A DNA stretch of 32,000 bases from Candidatus Lokiarchaeum ossiferum (GTDB lineage Archaea; Asgardarchaeota; Lokiarchaeia; Sigyniarchaeales; Promethearchaeaceae). The notes beneath the pieces are model-generated. The model was not told the DNA's origin. It worked only from the letters and a program-made list of their open reading frames with translations, and did no database searches. Every line of letters begins with the position of its first letter. Positions within the stretch are counted from its first letter, which is position 1. The translations under genes and the position numbers were made by a program. The DNA is taken from assembly GCA_025839675.1 (NCBI GenBank), contig CP104013.1, forward strand, positions 570,001 to 602,000, given 5' to 3'. Positions 17,693 through 25,191 of this stretch are shown piece after piece.

Positions 17693-18323
17693 AGTGGGAA
17701 CCTAAAAAATTATTTTTTTTTAGAAAGTCTTAATGAGATATTCGAGCATGGTTATTTATTTGTCATTTCTCGGAAACATTGCAATACAGTTTTGATCAAT
17801 TTTTTAGACAAAAGAGTATTTTTTAATGCTTTCTGAGGGTTATTTATATTGTGTTATGTAAAAATATAAATCTAAGCAAAAAAACTGAAGTAGGGAAAAC
17901 AGATGGCCCATTTTGCAGATTTGACGGATTCAACTATACAGTGTATTGGAATTTACAAATTTGAAAATAATAGTTCAGTTTTGCAAAAAAAAATTTCCTT
18001 TAAATAAGTACAACCAAATCCAACAAACATGCTTATCGTTCCTTTGAGTTAATTTACCACAAATTTTCCAAGTCCAACGCCAGCATAAAAAACAAATATA
18101 ACGAATAAATTATGCAGAATTGACAACCAAAATAATATAGATGTGGTATCTTAGGATTAATGGTTAATAGCACCGATCCACTTACCACAAACTATAAGAA
18201 AAATTCATTTAAAGTCAATAAATAACTTCAATTTCCTATTCCTTAGGAAAAGCGAGATAATAACAACCTTTTTTAAGATAATTCCCCAGATAATGTTATT
18301 AATGATAAAGGAATGAAAAAAAA

Positions 18324-19895
18324 ATGACAAGTTGTATTAGATGTAAAGGTACGGGAAAGTGTAAATTTTGCCTTGGTACGGGAAAAAAAGGAAGGCTCGA
18401 TTGCATGCATTGCAATGGAACTGGAAAATGTAATTTCTGCGGAGGGATAATCGGTAATAACTCCCAAGGATCATTCAATATCCCACAAGAAAATTTTGGA
18501 GGAAGACAACAAAGTGCTTCACCATTTGAAACAGCAAAATCAATAGTAGGGATGGCAATTGATAAACTATATTCCAATAATCCAATGGATCGAAGAGACG
18601 GAATTAAAATGCTTAATAGTCATGATGCATTTCATGAAAGATCTGCAGCTCTTGGTCCTGCGATTCAGATATATCCAAATGAAACAGATCTAGAAGTTAA
18701 ACGAGGGTTGTTGCAAGTAATTTCTTTCGGATGTGTACGTTCAAAGGATTCCAATGCATATGCAATTTTATCATCGGCTCTAAATGATGAGGATATGATT
18801 GTTCAGTTTACTGCAATCCAAGGATTGGTAAATTTTGGTGAACAAGGAGCGATTGCCCTTCCAAAAATTCGTGAATTATATTCCAACCCTTCAACCCCAA
18901 GTGCGATTAAGCGATCCTTAATGCGAAGTATTTCTGAAATGGGAACTGTTGCTGAACCAGTTTACAGTATTATTACAGGAGAATTAGCAAGTACTTCATA
19001 TTTAATGCGAAAAGCAACTAAAAATGCCGTGAAGCGTTTACGAAAGAAGGGTGTAAACATGGTTGGATATTTGATTAAACAACTTGAAGTTGGAGATTCT
19101 GACCAAAAAATTTCAGCTTGTGAAGGTTTAGGTAGTATGGCAAAGGATGCAGCGGCAAGTGCAAGTAGTTTAGGAGAACTTCTAAACGATGAATCCCCTG
19201 GTGTGCGTGCAAAAGCAGCTTGGGCATTATATAAGTTAGAAAAAAAAGCAGCACCTGCGGAAAAAGCACTAAAACAAGCTCTAAATGATGAGTCTTCTGC
19301 TGTTCAGAAATATTCTCTTAAGTGTCTTAAAAAATTGAAAAAGCTAACGAAAGAACTAAAAGAAGAAATCAAGATGTTGGAATCTCTTGATAAGGAAATG
19401 AAACTCTGGAGAAATAAATTCATTTCGATCTATCCTGAACCTTCAACAAAGGATCAAGAAGAAAATAATACTTCTGGAACTAATGAACAACAAATAAAAA
19501 ATGTGTTTTTTATGAGCCATGCCCTACCCGATTTTCCATGGGTGAAAAAGTGTATGGATGTAATTGAATCATGGCCTGGTTGTCGCGTATGGACTTGTGA
19601 ACGCGATATTCCTGTTGGAGGAGATTGGTTAGAATCCATTTACAACGGTCTCGAAATCTGTTCGTGGTATCTACTGTTTTGGAGTGACCATGCTGAAAAA
19701 TCAAAATGGACAAATGAAGAAATTCGAGAAGCAAAGACACGACAAGTCGCCAATGAAAAACCTCATATCAGCGTCATTAATTTAGGGAAAGAAGATTGGC
19801 CAATTCTGTTGTCTCGATATCAGGGAACTGTGATGAAATCAGATGAGGATGTTGCTACATATTTGGCAAATTTAAAAACCCAAGTAGAATTCTGA
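18324..19895 (+). CDS. Multidomain TIR protein. It combines an N-terminal DnaJ-type zinc finger (4x CxxCxGxG), HEAT/PBS-lyase-like repeats, a coiled coil and a C-terminal TIR domain.
   Basis: The zinc finger is CIRCKGTGKCKFCLGTGKKGRLDCMHCNGTGKCNFCGG. The HEAT repeats include LNDEDMIVQFTAIQGLVNFG, LNDESPGVRAKAAWALYKL and LNDESSAVQKYSLKCL. The TIR is VFFMSHALPDF.W......IES.....VWTCERDIPVGGDWLESIYNGLEICSWYLLFWSDHAEKSKWTNEEIREA, with S460-x-W462-x-x-E465 (the E codon is at 19716-19718). Confidence 0.85.
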   Translation: MTSCIRCKGTGKCKFCLGTGKKGRLDCMHCNGTGKCNFCGGIIGNNSQGSFNIPQENFGGRQQSASPFETAKSIVGMAIDKLYSNNPMDRRDGIKMLNSHDAFHERSAALGPAIQIYPNETDLEVKRGLLQVISFGCVRSKDSNAYAILSSALNDEDMIVQFTAIQGLVNFGEQGAIALPKIRELYSNPSTPSAIKRSLMRSISEMGTVAEPVYSIITGELASTSYLMRKATKNAVKRLRKKGVNMVGYLIKQLEVGDSDQKISACEGLGSMAKDAAASASSLGELLNDESPGVRAKAAWALYKLEKKAAPAEKALKQALNDESSAVQKYSLKCLKKLKKLTKELKEEIKMLESLDKEMKLWRNKFISIYPEPSTKDQEENNTSGTNEQQIKNVFFMSHALPDFPWVKKCMDVIESWPGCRVWTCERDIPVGGDWLESIYNGLEICSWYLLFWSDHAEKSKWTNEEIREAKTRQVANEKPHISVINLGKEDWPILLSRYQGTVMKSDEDVATYLANLKTQVEF

Positions 19896-19976
19896 TTTAT
19901 TTTTCTTATAAAATTTTTTCACTATTTGCTTAATGTAAACCTCAAGCTTTTTTTTCTTTAAAGGAAATCTCTAGTT

Positions 19977-21515
19977 ATGAGTCGAATTTCCATCATAGGG
20001 GGAGGTTTAGCAGGATTAACCGGTGGAGCATTTTTAGCCAAACATGGACATCACGTTCAGATCTTTGAACAATTTACCGAATTAGGCGGAGTTGCAGCCA
20101 CAATAACTCAAGATGGATACAAATGGGATATTGGCCCACTGCTTTTAGAGGGGTTTGGCCCCAATGAGCTGGTTCGTAATATATTAGAAGAACTAGATTT
20201 AATGCAACAACTCCGAATTGTGAAAGAGGATCGCGGGTTGAGTACACCTGACTTTACCTTCTGGCGCCCGAAAGAATATCAAGGATTGTATTGGCGTCGA
20301 GAAATGTTACGTAAACAGTTCCCAGACCAAAGCACCAATTTAGATCGCTATTATCGATTCTATGTGCGAATGATTCGAATTGTGACCTTATTCAAGCAAT
20401 CAGAAGAAAGTCAAGGCCTAAAAAAATATTGGTTGAAATTGCGCCTACTACTTACAGCCTTACCCATAAAAAAAATGCAAGAATGGAACGCCACGCAGTT
20501 ATTAGATCACTTTTTTTCTAATGAAAAAATCAAAGGAATGCTTGCGGGGATATTAGCCGATTTTGTTACCCGTCCCAGTGAATTTCAGGGAGTGGGAATT
20601 CCAATGGTGAATATTGAGACTGCCTTTGATAAACGTATTCCTCTTGCAATAGATAAGCATACGATTCAACCCCAATACAATTATATCATTGGAGGCTGTG
20701 GGGAGATGGTACAATTGTTGGTAAAATTTATCGAAAATCATGGAGGATCATTCCATACAAATTCAAAAGTTCAGAAAATCCTAATAAATCAAGATATAGC
20801 TGAAGGAATTCGATTAGAAAATGGTGAGGAAATTGAAAGCGATATTGTTCTAGCAACCAGTGATATTTTTTCAACTTGTAATTCCTTAATTGGAAAAGAA
20901 TTGTTACCAAATTCAACACGACAATATTTGACGGAAATAAAATACATGGAATCAGTATTTATGGTTCATATTGGTGTAGACTTTGATCCCACCCCTTACC
21001 AACCAGCTGCATTATGTTATTACTATGGAACCTATGATATTGAAAATGCAGTGGAAAAAATTAACAACGGGATTTATCATGAAGGCGCTGATGGATTTCT
21101 GATCTATATCCCATCGATGCACTCCTCAGAGATGGCCCCACCTCATCATCATGCGATTACGATCTACACAGTGGCCCCAAACCACATTAAAGGTGGAGAT
21201 TGGGAAACTCAAAAAGAAGTTCTTGCCGATAAATTACTTGAATATGCAGAAAAAACCATTCCTGGATTACGGAAACATACGAAAACGCGCATAATCATGA
21301 CGCCTATTGATTTTCGAAAACGAATAAACGTCCACCACCATAGTTTTGGAGGTCTACCTCCCATTATGGGTCAAAAAGGATTTGCACATCAAACTCCTAT
21401 TGGAAATTTATTCTATGCGGGATGTCAAAGTGAAAGCACAGGAGGAATTGCTAATACAATGAATGGTGGAAAGAAAGTAGCCCGGATTATTGATAGGTAT
21501 TTGAAATCGAAATAG
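19977..21515 (+). CDS. FAD/NAD(P)-dependent oxidoreductase of the phytoene desaturase (CrtI/CrtD) / amine oxidase superfamily.
   Basis: The N-terminal Rossmann motif is ISIIGGGLAGLTGGAFLAKHGHHVQIFEQFTELGGVAAT. The length is 512 aa, and the C-terminal motif LFYAGCQSESTGGIANTMNGG is typical of the family. Confidence 0.85.
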   Translation: MSRISIIGGGLAGLTGGAFLAKHGHHVQIFEQFTELGGVAATITQDGYKWDIGPLLLEGFGPNELVRNILEELDLMQQLRIVKEDRGLSTPDFTFWRPKEYQGLYWRREMLRKQFPDQSTNLDRYYRFYVRMIRIVTLFKQSEESQGLKKYWLKLRLLLTALPIKKMQEWNATQLLDHFFSNEKIKGMLAGILADFVTRPSEFQGVGIPMVNIETAFDKRIPLAIDKHTIQPQYNYIIGGCGEMVQLLVKFIENHGGSFHTNSKVQKILINQDIAEGIRLENGEEIESDIVLATSDIFSTCNSLIGKELLPNSTRQYLTEIKYMESVFMVHIGVDFDPTPYQPAALCYYYGTYDIENAVEKINNGIYHEGADGFLIYIPSMHSSEMAPPHHHAITIYTVAPNHIKGGDWETQKEVLADKLLEYAEKTIPGLRKHTKTRIIMTPIDFRKRINVHHHSFGGLPPIMGQKGFAHQTPIGNLFYAGCQSESTGGIANTMNGGKKVARIIDRYLKSK

Positions 21516-21569
21516 AAATTGAAAAAAAGTAGAAACTCCGAAATCTAAGTCCTATTTTTAGAACTTTTT

Positions 21570-24161
21570 TTAAGATTGTATAGCATTTATTACACTTGAA
21601 TACCCTAGAGATTTGGCCAGAGCTTCTGCAAATTTGGCACCCAATTTTCGTGATGGCATGTTAATTGAAGCAGCATTTCCTTTATAGGCAGGATGATATT
21701 GATATAAAATATTTAAGGCTGATTTGGGATTTCCAGATTCATTCATCAGTTTTGCAGCACGATAGATAATTGTATCTGCCCATAAAGGTTGAACTGTTAA
21801 TTTTATTGCATCCAAACAAATTAAATAAAAAGAAAGCGCTTTTTTTGGATCACCAGATCGTTCATAGAAAGCAGCTAAGGAACTGGGAATACCATCAGAG
21901 GTGGCTTCAGTTACAACCCCATTACTTAATTCCAAACTTTTTAGAGTAGCTTTTTCACAAAGTGTTATGTCATTCCCCATTTCACTTAAATTTACTAAGA
22001 ACCCACAAAATTTCTGAACAAACCGATCTGATAAATGTTTAAATGCTTTTTTTTGCCAAATATCACAATTTTTCTTCAAATATTTAAAAATCGATGGATG
22101 ACTGGAATATTTTGGTAATTCTCCTCCATCCCACATGCGTTGATATTCCTTCAATCCTGTAGGATCTAACCATTTTGTTCCCAAAATCCATAATGCTAAA
22201 ATCAACATTTCCATCAATATTTCATTGTTTCCCGAATTGTAATAAGAATGATGAAATATTGCATAAAATGGTTCACGTAAAAGATTATCAAATCCCTCTA
22301 ATACTATTGGAGAAAGTTCTTTTTCCTTATCTACACTAATTGCAGATACTAGAGCAAGATATTCTTGTCGCTGGTAAAATCGTTGATACCAAAGAGGTCC
22401 CATTCTCATTAAAGTGATCACTAGTGCTTCCATCTGCTCTTCAAATTTCTTTGGGTTTGAAGATCGAACGACTGCGTTTATTTGTTTTTCAATCAATTTT
22501 TCAATATCAATGGTCATCCCCATTCTAAAATTTTGAGCTGCGGTTGTAATTGTCATCATTTCTTTTTGAAAATCATCCTTAGTTATTTTTCCTGCCAGTA
22601 ATTGATCCTTCAAATCCCGCATCTGCTGTTCATAAGGACGCCAATATTTTTCCTCTGGATGGAGCATATTGGCTAAACTACCTTGAATTTGCATCTCAAT
22701 TGCAGCATCCTCAGAATTTTGAGAGCTAAGCTCTTTATATTTTTGAATAAATTCATAGGATTTTTTTAACGATTCTTCAACCGAGAAAAATCGAGTGAAG
22801 GATCTAAGGTACGAAATAAATGTTGGAAGGTATGACATGTTATCTGTAATTCCAGGATATTTATTTTGAGCAATGGTTTCTTTAATCGCAGGCTTAAATT
22901 TATTCCTAATCCCAGCCAACTGCATATCGATCTGAATCTGCATCAATTTTTGTTGATAATCTTCTAAGCTTATTTCTTTTTGAGCATATTTCTGGCCTAA
23001 TACTGTCATTTGATCAGTAAAATTGTAGGTAATTGCATCAGTATCCTCACTTTCTTCTTTAGATTGTTGAACTACTGCTTGATATCGTTCCGAAAAGATC
23101 ATACTTTGAGTGATGGACAGTCCAATAAGGTGTGATTCAGGAAATTTTTGGACCCAACTTTGAAAATATGAAAACCTATCCTGTTTAATTTTTTGTAATT
23201 GGTCTTTTCCAGCACTTTTAGAAAATATTTTCATAGTAGATCTCCCAATTTTGATGAGTTTATTAGAATTAACCGCTTCTAGAAATCCACTTGGTAGATC
23301 TGTTTCAAGAAATTGTAATTTGGAATAAAATTCCCCAAAAATTTCTTGAAAATCAGGAGTTTTTTCGTCTTTTGATCGGAGATTCCAATATATTTTTTGA
23401 ATTTTTGGCCCAACACGCTTCCAAAATCGACGATAATTGAGATGAAGAAAATCCCATCCTGAATAACCTAAGAAAAGGCAGGGAAAATGCGACAAGAATG
23501 TTTCAAATACATTTGCTTTGGGAGCAGAAAAACCTTTTGCACTTTTATAGGCAGAAGCGACGCTGATAATAGTATTGGGTTGATCAATAGTCCCATGTAA
23601 TTTACAGAGATAAAATGTATTCTTGGATTTTTGCATACCCGATGGAGAAAGATTTTTAATTTGATCAAATACAGTATCATATTCTTTATTGTCAAGAACT
23701 ATTTTGTATTTGACCCCTTCGGCTTTTAGAGCCCGTTCTAAAAAGATATCGAAGTTAGTTGTAAAACAAGCTTTTAAAATACCTTTTTTGGCGAGTTTTG
23801 CAATCATTATATGATTTCCATTTGCGCTCCCTACATCCAAGGCTTTGAACGCGGGATACAATTCATCATCAAGAATTTCAGCAAAGGTTTCAAAAACTTC
23901 TTCAGGATGTCGTTCAGAAGAATTTAAAAGTAAATCAGAAGGAATATCATAGTCTTCGGGAATCGCTTGAAAGAAAGCTTCTAAAATTTCTTCGGTTAAG
24001 GTCCACCAACTTGGAGAACAGCTTGGTTGAGGTATGGAAATTCCGGCTCCACAAAAAGCAATAAAACCATGGTCAATTAAAGGTTCAATTACATCCTTTA
24101 ACGAAGGAAGAGGGGCATGAAGGGAATTATCTTTTTTTTTTTTTATACTCATAAAACTCAT
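21570..24161 (-). CDS. SIR2-like (SIR2_2/DSR-type) NADase-domain protein with a helical, partly TPR-like C-terminal region of about 590 aa.
   Basis: The N-terminal 250 aa carry IAFCGAGISIPQPS, ACFTTNFDIFLERAL (N136, codon 23754-23756), LCKLHGTID (H189) and LFLGYSGWDF, which are the conserved blocks of the defence-type SIR2 domain. The rest is alpha-helical and ends with TPR-like repeats (GDPKKALSFYLICLDAIK..., GNPKSALNILYQY). Confidence 0.85.
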   Translation of the reverse strand: MSFMSIKKKKDNSLHAPLPSLKDVIEPLIDHGFIAFCGAGISIPQPSCSPSWWTLTEEILEAFFQAIPEDYDIPSDLLLNSSERHPEEVFETFAEILDDELYPAFKALDVGSANGNHIMIAKLAKKGILKACFTTNFDIFLERALKAEGVKYKIVLDNKEYDTVFDQIKNLSPSGMQKSKNTFYLCKLHGTIDQPNTIISVASAYKSAKGFSAPKANVFETFLSHFPCLFLGYSGWDFLHLNYRRFWKRVGPKIQKIYWNLRSKDEKTPDFQEIFGEFYSKLQFLETDLPSGFLEAVNSNKLIKIGRSTMKIFSKSAGKDQLQKIKQDRFSYFQSWVQKFPESHLIGLSITQSMIFSERYQAVVQQSKEESEDTDAITYNFTDQMTVLGQKYAQKEISLEDYQQKLMQIQIDMQLAGIRNKFKPAIKETIAQNKYPGITDNMSYLPTFISYLRSFTRFFSVEESLKKSYEFIQKYKELSSQNSEDAAIEMQIQGSLANMLHPEEKYWRPYEQQMRDLKDQLLAGKITKDDFQKEMMTITTAAQNFRMGMTIDIEKLIEKQINAVVRSSNPKKFEEQMEALVITLMRMGPLWYQRFYQRQEYLALVSAISVDKEKELSPIVLEGFDNLLREPFYAIFHHSYYNSGNNEILMEMLILALWILGTKWLDPTGLKEYQRMWDGGELPKYSSHPSIFKYLKKNCDIWQKKAFKHLSDRFVQKFCGFLVNLSEMGNDITLCEKATLKSLELSNGVVTEATSDGIPSSLAAFYERSGDPKKALSFYLICLDAIKLTVQPLWADTIIYRAAKLMNESGNPKSALNILYQYHPAYKGNAASINMPSRKLGAKFAEALAKSLGYSSVINAIQS

Positions 24162-24327
24162 ATCTTGGGAAAAAATGTTTATGACCTAATGATCTCATTC
24201 TATTATTTAATAATTTTGTTTGGATTCCCAAATCAGACCTAAAACCAGAAAAATAGATAGGACTGTTTCATTCCATTTAAGCTGAAAAAATTAAGAATTC
24301 CGCCATTAAGCAAGAAGAAGATTGATT

Positions 24328-24996
24328 TCAATCTAGTGAAAATGGGGATAATTTTACAGCAAACTTATAGAATTTGCGAGAAACATGGCGCATATCATAT
24401 TTCTTCAGATTTTTCCCCGCAATGGATGGATTTTGTCTATCGCTTTGTACTTCATATCCAGTTTGGGCAAAATAAAGATTAATAAGATGAATTAGAAAAA
24501 TATGAAATTTGGGACCGAGGTTGTGACTTCCTACAATGTAGATAAATTTTCCTCTCTTATGGGATTTACATTCATCAAACCACCCATGACCCTTAGGAGA
24601 AAGAATATACTTAACAAAATATTCCGCCAGAATTTCAGGAAATTTGGGATCAAGAAAATTCTCCTTTGGATCCATTTTGGCGATCTCACTCATAGATAAA
24701 TCATAAGATATTTGGGCTAATTCCAACAAATCCTCATCATTGCACCTATCGAATAGGAAATGGAGCATACTTTGAGAAAAAATAGATTTAGGATTATGAT
24801 ACTTTGGGTTCCCGAGATTAAGAAACATAATACTTGAAACAGAATCCCGAATCAATTGAGTTTTAGTAGTTGATACTATTTTTGAATATGTATCTAACAT
24901 TTTATTTGTTTCAGAGTCTAACCGTAAGGATATACGATGATTTGCCTCTGGTTGACTTTCAAATGTTTTTTTTTTTTTAATCTCTGTTTTTTTCAT
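24328..24996 (-). CDS. Ribbon-helix-helix (CopG/Arc-like) domain protein with an unassigned C-terminal domain of about 160 aa.
   Basis: HRISLRLDSETNKMLDTYSKIVSTTKTQLIRDSVSSIM fits the beta-alpha-alpha RHH pattern. The gene lies 166 nt upstream of the SIR2 gene on the same strand. Confidence 0.6.
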   Translation of the reverse strand: MKKTEIKKKKTFESQPEANHRISLRLDSETNKMLDTYSKIVSTTKTQLIRDSVSSIMFLNLGNPKYHNPKSIFSQSMLHFLFDRCNDEDLLELAQISYDLSMSEIAKMDPKENFLDPKFPEILAEYFVKYILSPKGHGWFDECKSHKRGKFIYIVGSHNLGPKFHIFLIHLINLYFAQTGYEVQSDRQNPSIAGKNLKKYDMRHVSRKFYKFAVKLSPFSLD

Positions 24997-25018
24997 TTGA
25001 ATTCACAGGGTTTCTAAA

Positions 25019-25030
25019 CTTGCATGCAAG
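25019..25030. promoter_or_regulatory. Perfect 12 bp palindrome CTTGCATGCAAG, flanked by AA/TT, upstream of the RHH gene. It is a candidate operator.
   Basis: It lies 23-34 nt upstream of the RHH start codon (24996). It is GC-richer than its surroundings, and RHH proteins commonly autoregulate through inverted repeats. Confidence 0.3.
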
Positions 25031-25191
25031 GTTTAAATTAAAGGATCTTAATTAGAAGATTTATTTATATATAATTTGGCATATAATTCTATTTAAATAA
25101 CGATCATCTTTAAATTATATTCTATCCCTAAAAAATTAAACTAATATTTTTACAGCATTAATTTTAAGATGTAGAATAATGAGTGATGTAA

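Noticed and set aside
19977-21515. A carotenoid biosynthesis cluster.
   Set aside because: Only the desaturase-family gene is present. No phytoene synthase, cyclase or prenyltransferase gene is in the window, and the family is functionally broad.
21570-24161. Calling the SIR2 protein a canonical Thoeris ThsA.
   Set aside because: ThsA is about 475 aa with a C-terminal SLOG domain. This protein is 863 aa, its C-terminal region looks all-helical and TPR-like, and it has no Gly-rich Rossmann/SLOG signature. The layout is closer to DSR-type proteins, so only a Thoeris-like domain pairing is claimed.
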